The position numbers were made by a program, and so were the translations under genes. Shown one piece after another: positions 24,901 to 40,220 of a stretch of DNA of 64,000 nucleotides; the stretch's first letter is position 1, and every line of letters starts with the position of its first letter. Below the pieces are notes generated by a model. That model saw nothing but the letters and a program-made list of their open reading frames with translations, was not told the origin of the DNA and made no database searches. The stretch is from Isurus oxyrinchus (Eukaryota): the NCBI GenBank assembly GCA_026770705.1, contig JANJGN010000038.1:5022001-5086000 (forward strand), written 5' to 3'.

Positions 24901-27900
24901 GTTTATGATAACCCATAACCTGTTTCAGTATTCGCTGTAATACACACTGTCTCAGTTTATGATAACCCATAACCTGTTTCAGTATTCACTGTAATACACA
25001 CTGTCTCAGTTTATAATAACCCATAACCTGTTTCAGTATTCACTGTAATACACACTGTCTCAGTTTATAATAACTCATAACCTGTTTCAGTATTCACTGT
25101 AATACGCACTGTCTCAGTTTATAATAACCCATAACCTGTTTCAGTATTCACTGTAATACACACTGTCTCAGTTTTTAATAACCCATAACCTGTATCAGTA
25201 TTCACTGTAATACACACTGTCTCAGTTTATAATAACCCATAACCTGTTTCAGTATTCACTGTAATACACACTGCCTCAGTTTATAATAACTCATAACCTG
25301 TTTCAGTATTCACTGTAATACTCACTGTCTCAGTTTATAATAACCCATATCCTGATTCAGTATTCACTGTAATACACAGTGTCTCAGTTTATAATAACCC
25401 ATAACCTGTTTCAGTATTCACTGTAATACACACTGTCTCAGTTTATAATAACCCATAACCTGTTTCAGTATTCACTGTAATACACACTGTCTCAGTTTAT
25501 ATTAACTCATAACCTGTTTCAGTATTCACTGTAATACATACTGCCTCTGTTTATAATAACTCATAACCTGTTTCAGTATTCACTGTAATACACACTGTCT
25601 CAGTTTATAATAACCCATAACCTGTTTCAGTATTCACTGTAATACGCACTGTCTCAGTTTATAATAACCCATAACCTGTTTCAGTATTCACTGTAATACA
25701 CACTGTCTCAGTTTATAATAACTCATAACCTGTTTCAGTATTCACTGTAATACACACTGTCTCAGTTTATAATAACCCATAACCTGTTTCAGTATTCACT
25801 GTAATACACACTGTCTCCGTTTATTATAACCCATAACCTGTTTCAGTATTCACTGTAATACACACTGTCTCAGTTTATAATAACCCATAATCTGTTTCAG
25901 TATTCACTGTAATACACAGTGTCTCAGTTTATATTAATCCATGTCTTGTATCAGTAAGCACTGAAAGAGACCCTGTCTCAGTTTTTATTAATACAAACCT
26001 TGTATTAGTAATCACCATAAGAGACCCTGCCTCAGTTGACAGTAATCAATAACTTGTATCTGTAACCCCTGTAAAAACCCTGACACAGTTTATATCAATA
26101 TCGACCTTGTCTTGTTTATCACTGGAATAGACCCTGTCTCAGTTAGTATCAACCCAGACCATGTATTGGTTATCACTGTAATAGACCGTGTCTCAGTTTA
26201 TGTTAATCAATACCATGTATCAGCAATCACTGTAATACACCCAGTCACAGTTTATATTAATCCATGCCTTGAATCAATAATCACTGTAAAATACCCTTTC
26301 TCAGTTTATATATTCACAGATATTGTATTGGTGAATGCTGTAATAAAATCTGTCTCAGTTTATATTAACCCATAACCTGTATCAGTATTCACTTGAATAG
26401 ACACTGTCGCTGTTTATATTAATGCAGATATTGTACTGGTAATCACCTCAATGGGCCTTGTCTCAGTTTATATTAACCTGGACCCTGTATCAGTAATCAT
26501 TGTAATAGACTCTGCATAAGTTTAAATTAATTGAGACCATTTATCAGTAATCACTGTATTCGAGCCTGTCTCAGTTTATATTAATCTAGGCCCTGTATCA
26601 TTACTTAATGTATTTAACCCATTCTCAGTTTATATTAATGCAGGCTTTATGCCGGTAACCACATTAATTGACCCTTTTTCAGTTTAACTTAATCCATACC
26701 ATGTATTAGCAATTACTGTACTAGTCACTGCCTCAGTTTATATCAATCCAGGACCTATATCAGTAATTATTGTACTAGACCCAGTCTCAGTTTATATTAA
26801 TCCAGAATGTGGATCAGTGATCATTGTACTGTACTGAGTTTCAGATTATATCAATACAGACCCTGTGTCAGTAGTCACTGTAAAACATGCTGTCTCAGTT
26901 TACACCAGTCCAGACCTTATATCACTAACACTGTAACAGAACCTGTCTCAGTTTATATTAATCTAGACCCTGTATCAGTAACCACTGTAATAGACCCTGC
27001 ATCAGTTGATATTATCCATATGTTGCATCAGTAACCACTAAAAGAGACATTGGCTCACTTGATATTAATCCATACATTGTATCAGCAATCACTGAAAGAG
27101 ATTCTGCCTCTCCTTATATTAACACAGACCTTGTATCAGTGTTCAATGTAATGGACCCTGTCTCAGTGTATATTAACCTAGGCCCTGCATCAGAAATTAC
27201 TGTACTACACAGAGTATCATATTATATCAATTCAGACCCTGTATTAGTAATCGCAGTAATACACCCTGTTTCAATTTACACCAGCCCAGACCTTGTATCA
27301 GTAAACACTGTAATAGACTCTGTCTCATATTATATTAACCCACGCCTTGTATCAGTAATCACTGTAATGGATCCTGCCTCAGTTGATATTAATCCATGCC
27401 TTGTATCAGTAACCACTGAAAGAGACCCTGCCTCAGTATATACTAATACAGGCCATGTATAGTAATCACTGAAATAGACCCTTTGTACGTCTATAGTAAT
27501 CCATACATTGTAACAGTAATCATTGAAATAGGCCTTCCCTCATTTGATATTAATCTAGGCCCCGTATTAGTAATTACTGTAATAGACCCTACCTCAGTTG
27601 ATGTTAATCCATGCCTTGTATCAGTCACCACTAAAAGAGACCCTATCTCCATTTATATTAATGCAGACATTATATCATTAGTCACTGTATAAGACCCTCT
27701 TTAGGTTTATTTCAATCCATACATTGTAACAGTATTCACTGTAACTGTCGCTGTTGATATTAATCAATGCATTGTATCAGTGACCACTGAAGTAGACTGT
27801 GGCTCAGTTTATATCAATACAGGCCTTGTGTTGTTAATCACTGTAATAGATCATGTCTCTGCTAATCTTAGTTCACACCATGTATCAGTTATCATTGTAA

Positions 27901-30900
27901 TTGACTCTGTCTCAGTACATATTATCCCCATACCCTGCATTAGTAATCACTGCAATAGACCCTGTCTTAGTTGATATGAAACAATAACTTGTATCAGTAG
28001 TCACTGTAATAAACCCTGCCTCAGTTTATGTAAATTGATACCCTGTATCAATGATCACTGTAATAGGCCCTGCCTCAGTTCAAATTAATCCATACCTTGT
28101 ATCAGCAAACCCTGTCTCACTTTACATTAACACAGACCTTGTCTCAGTAATCAGTGTAAAAGACCCTGACTCAGTTTATATCAATCCATACATTGTTATA
28201 GTAATTGCTAGAACAGACCCTGTCTGTGTTGTTATTAATTAATACCTTGAATCATTGATCACTGAAGTAGACCCCGACTCAGTTTATATCAATACTGACC
28301 TTGTCTTGGTAATGACTGGAATAGACCCTATCTCAGTTTATATCAATCCAGGTCTTGTATTGGTGATCACTGTAATAGACCCTGTCTCAGTTTCTTATAA
28401 TCCATACCATGTATCAATAATAAATCTAACAGTCCTTGTCTCACTTTATTTTAATCCATACCTTGTATCAGTAATCACTGTAATGGACCATTTCATTTTA
28501 TATTAATACAGGCCTTGTATCATTAATGACTATAAAAGACCTTATTTCAGTTTATATCAATCCAAATATTTTAACAATAACCACTGTAACAGACCCTGTC
28601 TCAGTGATATTAATCAATACCTTGTATCAGTAATCACTGAAGTAGATGCTGACTAAATCTATATTAGCACAGAACTAGTCTCGATAATGATGGGAATATA
28701 CTCTGTCTCAATTTATATCAATCCAGACCTTGTATTATTAATCGCTGAAAGAGACATGGTCTCTATTTACCTGAATCTAGTCCATGTATCAGTAAGAACT
28801 GTAACAGATACTGTCCCAGTTTATTTTAATCCATACCTTGGATCAGTAACCACTGAAAGAGACCCTGTCTCAGTTTATATTAATACTGAACTTGTCTCAT
28901 TAATCACTGTAAAAGACCCTGTCTCGGTTTAAATCAATCCATGCATTGCAACATTAATCATTGCAACAGACCCTGTCTCAGTTGAAATTAATTGATATCT
29001 TGTATCAGTAATCACTGAAGTAGACCCTGACTCAGTTTAGATCCATCAAAGCCTTCTCTTGGCAACCACTGTAATAGAGCCTGCCTCTGTTTTAATTAAT
29101 CCAGACTCTGTATCTGTAAGCATTGTAAGAGACCCTGTCTCAGTTTATTTCAATTCATACCATATAACTGTAATCACTGTAATAGGCCTTGTCTCATTTT
29201 ATATTAATACAGACCCTGTATCAGGAATCAATGTAATAGCCTCTATCTCAGTTGATATGAATCCATATCTTGTATCAGTGTAAACACTGTAATAGACCCT
29301 GTCTCAGATTATATTAATAGAGACATTGTATCAGTAATCAGTGTAATAGACCCTGTCTCAGTTCATATAATTACGGACATTGCTTTGGTAATTACTGTAA
29401 TAGTACCTGTCTCAGTTTATATTAATCAATAAGTTGTATCATTACTCACTGAAATCGACGCTGTCCTGAGTCCATATTAATGTAGATCCTATATCAATAA
29501 TCATTCCGATTGACACTGTCTCCATTTATATTAATCTAGACCCTGTATCAGTAATCACTGTAATAGACCCTGTCTCAGTTCATATTGATACCGACTGTGA
29601 ATTAGTAATTAGTCTAATAGATGCTGACTCAGTTTATATTAATCTAGACCCTGTTTGAATAATCGTTGTAATAGACCCTGTTTCAGTTTATATTAATCTA
29701 GACCCTGTATTAGTAATCACTGTAATAGACCCGATCTCAGTTGATATTAATCCATGCCTTGCATCGGTAATCACTGTATTAGGCCTTCTCTCAGTTTATA
29801 TTAATCTTGATCCTGTGTCACTAATCATTGTAATAGGCCCTGTCTCAGTTGATATTAATCAAAACCTTGAATCAGTAATCATTGATGCTGACCCTGACTT
29901 AGTTTATATCAATACTGGCCTTCTATTGGTAATCACAGTAATATACCTTGTCTCAGTTTATATTAATTCAGATCTCGTATTGGTAGTTATTCTAATGGAC
30001 CCTGCCTTAGTTTATATTAATCTAGACCCTGTATCAGAAATCAATGTAACAGACCCTGTCTGAGTTTATTTTATTCCATACCATATATCATTAATCATTG
30101 TAATAGGCCTTGTCTCAGTTTATATTAATCCATAACTAGTATCAGTAATCACTGTAATGGACCCTGTCTCAATTTATATTAAGCCAGACGCTGTATCAGT
30201 AATCACTTTAACTGACCCTCTATCAATTGATGTGAATCCATATCTTTCATCAATATGCTCTGTAATAGGCACTGTCTCAGTTTATATTAACACAGACATT
30301 GCATTGGTAATTACCATAATAAATCATGTCTTAGTTTATGTTAATCTAAAAACTTGTATCTGTAGTCACTATAACAAGCTCTGTCTCAGTGATATTAATC
30401 CATACTTTATATCAGTAATCGCTAATTAAGACAGGCATTCTATTGGTAATTACTGCAATAGGCCCTGTCCTTAGTCTGTATTCACCTACATTCTGTATCA
30501 ATAATCATTGTGATTGACCCTGTCTCCAGTTACACTAATCTAGGCTGTGTTTAATAAGCACTGTAATAGACCCTGCCTCAGTTGTTATTAATCCATACCT
30601 TGTATCAATAACAACTGTTAGATACCCTCTCTCAGTTTATAGTAATACAGGCATAGTTTTTTGTAATTAATGTAATACACCCTTTCTCAGTCGATATTAA
30701 GCCATTACTTGTATCACTAATTACTGCAATAAACTCTGTTCATCAACTTATTAATCCATACCCTTCATCAGGAACGACTGTAATACGCCCTGTCTCAGTT
30801 TATGTAAATCCATTACTTGTAATAGTAATTACTCCAATAGACCTTGACACAGTTTATATTCATCTAGACCCTGTATCAGTCATCACTGAAATTGACCCTG

Positions 30901-33900
30901 ACTCAGTTGATGTTAATCAACACCTTGTATCAGTAACCACTGTAATAGACCATGCCTTGGTCTATTAATGCAGACCTTGTCTCAGTAATCAAAATAAAAA
31001 TCCCTGTCTCAGTTGATATTAATCAATACCTTGTATCAGTAATCATTGAAGTAGACTCTGAATGAATTTATATCAATCCAACCTTGTATTGGTAATCACT
31101 ATAATAGTCAATGTCTCTGTTTATATTAATCTAGACCCTGTATTGGTAGTCATTGTAACAGGCCCTTTCAAGTTATGTTAATCAGTACCATATATCAGTA
31201 ATCAAAGTAAAAGACCTTGTCTCAGTTTATGCTAATCCAGACACTGTATCAGTAATCACTGTGATAAACCCTATCTCAGTTGATACAAATCCATGCCTTT
31301 TATCTGTAATCATTGTAATAGACCCTGTCTCAGTTTATATTAATCCATAATTTGTATCAGTAATCACTGTAACATACCCTGTCTCAGTTTATATTAGTAC
31401 ATACCTTGTTTCAGTAATCACTGTGATAGACCATGTTTCGGTTTATATTAACATAGACATTGTATTGGCAATTACTGTAATAGACCCAGTGCTAAGTCTA
31501 TATTAATGTAGATCTTGTATCAATAATCACTGTGATTAACCCTGTCTCCATTTATAATAATCTAGACTCTGTATCGGTAATCACTGTAATAGACCCAGAT
31601 ATAGACCCTGCCTCAGGGTCTATTCTAGACCATGTATCAGTAATTACCATAATAGACCCTGTCATAATTGCTATTCATCAATACTTTGTATCAGTAATCA
31701 CTGAAGTAGACAATGACTATGTTTGTATCCATCCAAGCCTTGTATTGGCAATCATTGTAATAGACTTTGTCTCGCTTTATATTAATCCATACCCTGTATC
31801 AGTAATCAATGTAACAGACCCTGTCTCAGTTAATTGTAATCGGTACCGTGTATCAGTAATCACTCGAATATACCCTGTCCAAGTTTATATTAACCCAGAC
31901 ATTGCATCAGTGATCACTGTAATAGATCTTGTCTCAGTTGATATGAATCCATTCCTTGAATCAGTAATCACTGTAACATACCATGACTCAGTTTATATTA
32001 ATCCATACCATGCACCGGTAATCACGGAAATATTTCGTGCTTCAGTTTATATTGATCTAGACCCTATATCAGTAATCTCTGTAATGGGCCCTGACTCAGT
32101 TGATATTAATCCATACCTTGTATCATTAATCACAGTAATAGACTCTGTCTCAGTTTATATTAATACAGACCTTGTTTCAGTAACCACTGTTAGAGACCCT
32201 GTCTTAGTTTATGTTAATCCATACATTGCATTGCTAATCGCTGTAATAGTTCCTGCCTCAGTTTATATTCATCTAGACCCTATATCAGTAATCACTGTAT
32301 TGGACCCTGACTCAGTTATGATTAATTCATACCTTGCATCGGTAATAACAGTAATAGACCCTGTCTCATTTTATATTAATCCAGGCCTTGTATCAGTAAT
32401 CACTGTAATAGATCCTGTCTCAATTAATATTAATAAGGACATTGTATTGGTAATTACTGTAGTATACTCTGTCTCAGTTTCTTTTAATCCATACAATGCA
32501 TCAATAATCGCTGTAATAAACCCTGTCTCATTTTTTTATTAATCCATACCTTGCATCAGTAATCACTGGAAGAGACCCTGTCTCAGTTTATATTCATTTA
32601 GACCAATTATCATTGATAAATGTAACAGACCCTGTCTCAGTTAATTGTAATCGGTGCCATGTATCAGTAATCACTCGAATGTACCCTGTCCAAGTTTATA
32701 TTAACCCAGACATTGCATCAGTCATCACTGTAATCGAGCTTGTCTCAGTTGACATGAATCCATTCCTTGTATCAGTAATCACTGTAACATACCATGACTC
32801 CGTTTATATTAATCTATACCTTGCACTGGTAATCACTGTAATAATCCCTGCCTCAGTTTATATTGATCTAGACCCCATATCAGTAATCACTGTAATGGGC
32901 CCTGTCTCAGTTGATATTAATCCATACATGGCATTGCTAATCGCTGTAATAGTCCCTGCCTCAGTTTATATTCAGCCAAACCCTGTATCAGTAATCACTG
33001 TAATGGGCCCTGACTCAGTTGATATTAATCCATACATTGCATTGCTAATCGCTGTAATAGTCACTGCCTCAGTTTATATTCAGCCAAACCCTGTATCATT
33101 AATCACTGTAATGGACCCTGACTCAGTTGTGATAAATCCATACCTTGCTTCAGTAATCACTGTAATAGACCCTGTCTCATTTTATATTAATCCAGGCCTT
33201 GTATCAGTAATCACTGTAATAGACCCTGTCCCAGTTAATATTAATAAAGACATTGTACTGATAATTACTGTAATATACTCTGTCTCCATTTATTTTAATC
33301 CAAACAATGCATCAATAATCGCTGTAATAAACCCTGTCTGATATTTTTGTTAATCCATACCTTGCATCAGTAATCAGTGTAAGAGACCCTGTGTCAGTTT
33401 ATATTCATCTAGACCCTGTATCATTATTCACTGTAATGACCCTGACTCTGTTGAAATTAATCCATACTTGTATCATAAATCACTGTAATAGTCCCTATCT
33501 CAGTTTATATTAATGCAGACATTGTCTCAGTAATCACTGTAAAAGACCCTGTCTCAGTTTACATCAGTCCATATAGTGTAACAGTAATCCCTGTTACAGA
33601 TCCTGTCTCATTTGCTATTAATCCATACCTTGCATCAGTAATCACTGAAGCTGACCCTGACTTAGTTTATATCAATCCATATCTTGTATTGGTGATCGCA
33701 GTAATAGACCCTGTCTCTGTTTATATTAATCTAGACCCGGTATTAGTAATCATTGCAACAGGCCCTGTCAGGTTATTCTAATCCATACCATATATCAGTA
33801 ATCACTTTAATAGATCTTGTCTCTGTTTATATTAATCCAGACCTTGTTTCAGTAATCACTGTAATCGGCCCTGTATTAGTTGATATGAATCCATACTTGT

Positions 33901-35050
33901 ATCAGTAATCATTGTAATAGACCCTTTCTCAGTTTGTATTAATACATAATTTATCAGTAATCACTATAATATACCTTGTCTAATTTCATATTAATCTAGA
34001 CCATTGATCATTAATAACTGTGACAGACCCCGTCTCAGCTTATACTAACGCAGACAATGCATCAGTGACAACTGTAATAGATGGTTTCTCAGTTGGTATG
34101 AATCCATTCTTTGTGTCAGAATTACTGTAATAGATCCTGCCTCAGTTGATGTGTATTCATAGCTTGTATCAGTTATCTCTGTAATAGACCCTGTGTCAGT
34201 TTATATTAATACAGGAATTGTATTGGTAATTATTGTAATAGACCCTGTCTCAGTTTATGTTAATCCAAAACTTGTGTGAGTAGTCATCATGATAAGCACA
34301 GCCTCAGCTGATATCAATCCATACCTTGTATCAATAATCAGTGTAATAGACTTTATATTAATACAGACCTTGTATCAGTAATCACTGTGATAGACCACGT
34401 CTCTTTTTATATTAATACAGACATTGTATTGGTAATTACTGTAATAAACCCTGCCCACAGCCAATATTAATTTAGAGCCTGTATCAATAATCATTGTGAT
34501 TGACCCTGTCTCAATTTATATGAATATAGACCCTGTATCAGGAATCACTGTAATAGACCCTGCCTCGGTTTATATGAATCTTTACCTTGCATCAGTACTC
34601 TCTGTAATAGATCCAGTCGTAGCTTAAATTAATCTCGGCCCTATATTAGTAATCAATGTAAAAGGCCCTGTCTGAGCTTATATTAACCGAGGCACTGTAT
34701 CAGAAATTACGCTAACAAACCCTGTCTCCGTTTATATAAATCTAGGCCCTGTGTCTGTAATCACTGTAGTAGATGCTGTCTCAGGTTGTTTTATTCTATG
34801 CCCTGTATCAGCATTCACTGTAATAGGCCCTATCTCAGTTTATAGTAATCGAGGTACTGTATCTATAATTACTGCACAATGCCCCTACTCCGCTTATAAT
34901 ACTTAAGATCTGTTAAGTTATTACTGCACTAGACTCTATTTTAGTTAATACCAATCTCACCCCTGTTTCTGTAATAGACGTACAGATTAATCTAGAACCT
35001 GAATCAGTAATCACTGCACGATGTTCTGTCTCGGTTTAAATTCATCTAGA
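21950..35050 (+). repeat. 54-bp satellite (dimer of 27-bp subunits), ~13 kb
   Basis: Consensus approximately cctgtctcagtttatattaatccatac-cttgtatcagtaatcactgtaatagac. Confidence 0.97.
22700..25930 (+). repeat. Homogeneous satellite core, ~60 near-identical 54-mers
   Basis: ctgtttcagtattcactgtaatacacactgtctcagtttataataacccataac repeated. Confidence 0.97.
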
Positions 35051-35057
35051 GACTGTC

Positions 35058-36930
35058 TCCTTCTTCTTAGGCATTCCCTCAGGATCGAGGATGACATGCT
35101 GCCATGCCACTTCGATATGTTCTGATTTGGCTGTTAGGCCCAATGCGCCATCTGCAGACTCTGCTAAAGATGGTTGGGCCTAGGGCATTACTCTAATTAA
35201 CAACTGCAGTGATGTTCTGGAACTGAGATGATTCATTCTCCAACAACCACAACCAGCTTCGTCTGTGTTACAGATGACACTGACCAACAGAGAGTTTCCC
35301 CGCAGATTCCCATTGACTCCAGTTTTGCTAAGACTCCTTGATGCCACACTCTGACAGATGCTGCCTTCATATCAAAGGCTGTTACTTTCAACTCAACTTT
35401 AGATTTTAGCTCATTTGTCCATGTTTAGACCAAGGCTGTAATGGGATCAGGAGCTGAGTGACCCTGGCGTGACTCCCCTGAAGGATATTAGTGGACATCA
35501 GCCTTCCCGAATAAGCTTCTTTGATTTTGGTCAGCCACAAACTAGGGACCCCCATGAACTGGCAGATATGTTCGAACATTTCTGGGATGCTTTGAGCACA
35601 TCCCTCCAGCACTCTATTTGCCTCCTGCCGAGACAGAGTTCCAAGTGGATTAATGACTTTGGGAGTTTTGTGTTCAGCATACGAACCATATGTTCCACCC
35701 AGCAGAGTCGCTATTGAGTGATGAGGGTCTCTCTGTTGGGCACGTTGGTTTGAGAGAGGACACTGCTGTTTGACTGCCTTTCCTACATTGGGTTTGTAGA
35801 ACCTTCTAATGGCACTGCTGGTATTAATTCTTCAGAACTTAGAGGTGCCTACTCGACGTTGTCCAAGGCTCAGAAGCATTTAGGTGCTTGGAGATCACTG
35901 CTGCCCAGTATACCATGGCCAGAGACTTGGGTTTGGAATTCTAATCCTCAAATACTGTGATCGTCTGTCGGCCAAAGGCTGGCCCTCTGCATTAGACTCG
36001 ATGATGAGTTTTGTTGCCTATTTCTGCCTTCCTAGAGAGGAGTCTCCGAAGGAATTGGAGAAGATCCACATTTTCAGGATCTTGCCAATGGGGGAGGTTT
36101 TGTGGTCTGGGGGCTGTTTGGAAGTGAGTCTTATCTTTCTGGGTGTTTAATGGAAAGCCAATATTTTCATATCCTTCAAAGAAGTTGTCAACAATAAACT
36201 GGAGCTTAGTTTTCAGTAAGGGTGCACACAAGAACCACAAGATTACTGAAGCTCAGTGAATGATGCTGGGAGATTTTGGTTTTGGATTGAATGTGGTGTA
36301 GGATCAACAGTTTCCTGTCTGTTCGCTAGATTATCTCCACACCTGTGGGTAATCTTCTGGAGGTGAGGTGAACTATTCCATAGAGAAAACAATGAGGAGA
36401 GGGTTGGTGCGGTTACACAAGCCTGTCTGACCCCAGTTTTCACTGAGGTAGGGTCCATGCTGGTTCCGCTGGTGAGGATCAGGGCTTGCAATCCCTTGTG
36501 AAACAGATGGAGGACGGTGAAAAATTTCTGATGGCACCAAATTTGAGGGGATACTCCATATGTCTTAATCGTCGGCAGAGGAAAAGATAATTGTGATGCG
36601 GAGCAAGGCCTTGTGCAGCTGTTGCTACTGCTCATGGCATTTCTCATTGATTTGCCACACAGTGAACATCATGGTGCCTCTCGATGGGTGAAAATGTCAC
36701 TGCGTCTCTGTAAAGAGCTCTGTGGTCATGGTAAGTGTGTCACTAAGGAGGATGCTTGCAATAATCTTCCTTCTGGAAGACAGCAAAGGGGATTCTTTTG
36801 GGTTACTGCAATTAGACTTGTCTCCCTTCTTGAGTAGACTCATAATCAGAGCATTCCTGAGCTCCCTCAGCATGCAGTCCCCTTCGCATGTGAGGGATAT
36901 GAGGTTGTACACCTATGTCAGGTGATGTAT
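35058..36930 (-). mobile_element. RTE-clade LINE, decayed, with a LINE fragment inserted at ~35180-35470
   Basis: KKGDKSNCSN...LLS...KIIASILL and VKTGVRQACVTAPTL motifs; (GAA)-type tail at ~35060. Confidence 0.8.
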
Positions 36931-36949
36931 TGGTAATGGCGGCACCAGA

Positions 36950-37650
36950 TTCTGTTCTGTTCATTTTAACCCAGGTCCAGTATCAGTATTCACAGAATTT
37001 GACCCTCCCTCACTTTATATCAACCTAGGCCTTACATCAGTAATCACTGCACTTGCCCCTGCCCCAGTTTATATTCACCAAGGCTCTTAATCAGTAATTG
37101 ATTCACTAGGCATTGTCTCAGTTTACATTAATCTCTGCACAGTAACAGTCATCGCTGCACTAGGCACTGTCCCAGTTTATATCAGTCTAGGTCTTGTATC
37201 AGTAATCACTGCACTTTACCATGCCTCAATTCATTTAAATCTAGACCCTGTTACACTAATGACTGCTACTGGACCTCGTCTCAGTTTATATTCATCAAGG
37301 AGCTTAATAAGTAATTCCTTCACTAGGTCCTGTTTCAATTGATATTAATCTAGGCCCTGTATCATCAATCACTGCACTAGTCCCTGCCTCAGTTGTTACT
37401 GATCAAACCCTGCATCATCAGCCAGTGGACTTGACCATGTCTCTGTTTATATTGATCAAACCCTTAATCATCAATCACTGCCCCTAGGCACTGTATGAAA
37501 GTATTTTCCTCCAGTTACTTTATATGTAATGGCTGCAGTGGATTCAGCCTCAGTTTTTCTGCTTTAGACAATGTCACTGTTACTGTTACAGCCGAACCTA
37601 CTTCATCTAATATTAAAATAGTCCATATCTCTATTTCTATTAAATTAGGC
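36950..37650 (+). repeat. Continuation of the degenerate 54-bp array
   Basis: cagtaatcactgcact...ctcagtttatat units. Confidence 0.85.
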
Positions 37651-37774
37651 TAGTCTGAGTTATCACCTTCAAGCCGGAATGCTTTTAAATTACACAAGGA
37701 TGTTCCTCAGTTAGACTGATCCAAACACTGTTTATGTTTACAACACACTAGGCCACAGCTCATTTAAGACTACA

Positions 37775-37923
37775 NNNNNNNNNNNNNNNNNNNNNNNNNN
37801 NNNNNNNNNNNNNNNNNNNNNNNNNNNNNNNNNNNNNNNNNNNNNNNNNNNNNNNNNNNNNNNNNNNNNNNNNNNNNNNNNNNNNNNNNNNNNNNNNNNN
37901 NNNNNNNNNNNNNNNNNNNNNNN
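37775..37923. other. Assembly gap (149 N)
   Basis: Run of N. Confidence 1.
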
Positions 37924-39094
37924 CACATTTAATCTCTTATCTCTCTCTCTCTGTCTCTCTCTCTTTCTCTCAACAGCTCAGCATCTTGTCCTCTTTTCTT
38001 TCCAAAACAGCAACTTAATCACTTAAACTGTCTCAGACACAACATAAATTATTTAACCCCGCTCTTACACAGAGGCCATTTAACTCTCTTGTCCCTTTAC
38101 CAGACAACACATGATTCATTTAAAACATTCTTTACCCAAAGAGTTATCCGTGAAGGATGTTTAATTTTTTTTTATTTTGTTCTCCCAGTGATAATACTTA
38201 ATCCACCTCCACCTTCAATAAACATGCTACAACCAATAGAAACTCATATGTTTTGTTTTTTATATGGGAATGGAGGTGAATGCAATGTAAAAACTAGGAA
38301 CAATCTATGCTGGGCTTCTTGATGCTGTCAGAGTGAGTTCACCCTCACAGGCAGGAAGACTGTTCATGGTGATAACATCAAACTGACGGCTGCTGTTTCA
38401 TTCTCAGGTAACACCACTTCCTGTTTCTCTGCTGCTGGTTCCTAACCACACATCTCACTTCTGAGCAGTAAATAAATCTAGGGGCCACAATCTGGTGGAA
38501 ACATCTGTCAAGGCGGCCTATATCTGGCCACAGAGTCAGTGCAGCATCACACAGATCACATTGCGGTGAGATTTACAAATGGGGCTGCTGTGATCTATTT
38601 CTATTTCGAGTTGCCATTCCAGGACACAACTGGATGCGTCTGTGGATCATTCACTGAACTTCCCCTGTTCTCTAAAGCTGGGAAATGACCGCTTGCTCCC
38701 TTATATTTTGTGACATTTGCTCTGTGTTGCTTGTTGGCTTTATTTCTCAATTTACCTCTCATGCCGCCTCTTCCTTATTTCTCTTTAACCTCGCTCAGTT
38801 TTATGCTCTGTGTCAGTTCTGGCATCTCTCTCCATCTCTACATCTCTTTCATACACATGTTCAAAATCACTAAAGGTTTGATGGAGTAAATAAAGAGAGC
38901 CCGTTTCAACTGGCACAACAATCAGTGATCAGAAATGACAGATTCAGATTAATTCAACTGGATGGTGAGATTAGAACTGAATTTTTTTAACACGGTGAGT
39001 TGTCATGAGCTGGAAAGAACAACCTGAAATGATAGCAGAAGCGAATTCAACTTTGGAAAGAGTATACATACTTTAGAACTTAAAAACTGTCAGA

Positions 39095-40220
39095 TAATAG
39101 AAACATAGAATCCTAGAAAAGTTATGGTGCAGAAAGAGGCCATTCAGCCCATTGTGATTGCACTGGCCAAAAATAAAAGAAACTTGCCGCTCATTTTAAC
39201 CCCACTTCCCAGCACCTGGTCCATAGCCTTGCAGGTTACAGCAGTTCAGGTGCAGATCCAGGTGCCTTTTAAATGGGTTGACCGTTTCTACTTCAACCCT
39301 CAACTTATGCAGTAAATTCCAGATGTCAACCACCATCTTGGTGAAAATATTTTTCCTCATGTCCCCGCTAATCTGTCTACCAATCACCTTAACTCTGTTC
39401 CCCCTGATAACTGACGGCTCAGTGACGAGAGACAACTCTTCCCTGTCTGCCCTATCTAGGCCCCTCGTCATTTTGTACACCTGAATCATGTCACCCCTTA
39501 GCCTTCTCTGTTCTAAGGAAAACAGCCCTAGCATATCTAATCTCTCCTCATAGCTGCTATTTTCAAGCCCTGGCAACGTTCTTGTAAATCTCCTCTAAGC
39601 TCTCTGCGAGCGATTATGCTTTCGTGTAACGTGGTGACCAGGATTGTACGCAAAGCTCCAGCTGTAGTTGAACCAGCGTTTTACACAGTTCCATTATTAC
39701 ATCTTTGCTTTTCTGTTCAACACCTCGCCCAATAAAGGAAAACATTGCATATGTTTTCTTGATCACCTTGTCCACCTGTCCCGCCAACTTTTGGGGAGCT
39801 GTGAACGTCCACCCCAAGGTCTCGCTCTTCCTCAGCCTCTCAATATCTTCCTCTTTATTAAGAATTCCTTTGCTTTGTCCCCTCCCCCTCTCAAATGCAT
39901 TAGCTCACACTTCTCCAGATTCAATCCCATTTGCCACTTCGTCTACTCAACCAAACCAGTCATGTCATTTTGGAACACACAGCTAGTCTCTCCACTACAC
40001 GACCAAGTTTTGCGTCATCTGCAAATTTCCCAATCATGCCTCTCACATTTAAATTTAAGTTATTAATAAACACAACAAACAGCAAGAGCCCAGCACTGAG
40101 CGTTGTGGAAAAGCACTGGGAACGTTTCCCTTTCGCAGAAACACCCATTGACCATTACTCTTTGTTTCTTGTCGTGAGACAAATTTGGATCCAACCTGCC
40201 ACCTTCCCCTGTATATCCTG
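39095..40220 (-). mobile_element. CR1 LINE 3' part
   Basis: ORFs include GKFADDAKLG and SYEERLDMLGLFSLEQRRLRGDMIQVYK; (ttctatg)-type tail. Confidence 0.9.

Noticed and set aside
22700-25930. Satellite as an RSS array (CACAGTG/CACTGTA with ATAATAACC) or as a CRISPR-like array
   Set aside because: Heptamer-nonamer spacing is 9 or 19 nt, not 12 or 23; there are no unique spacers; the context is vertebrate.
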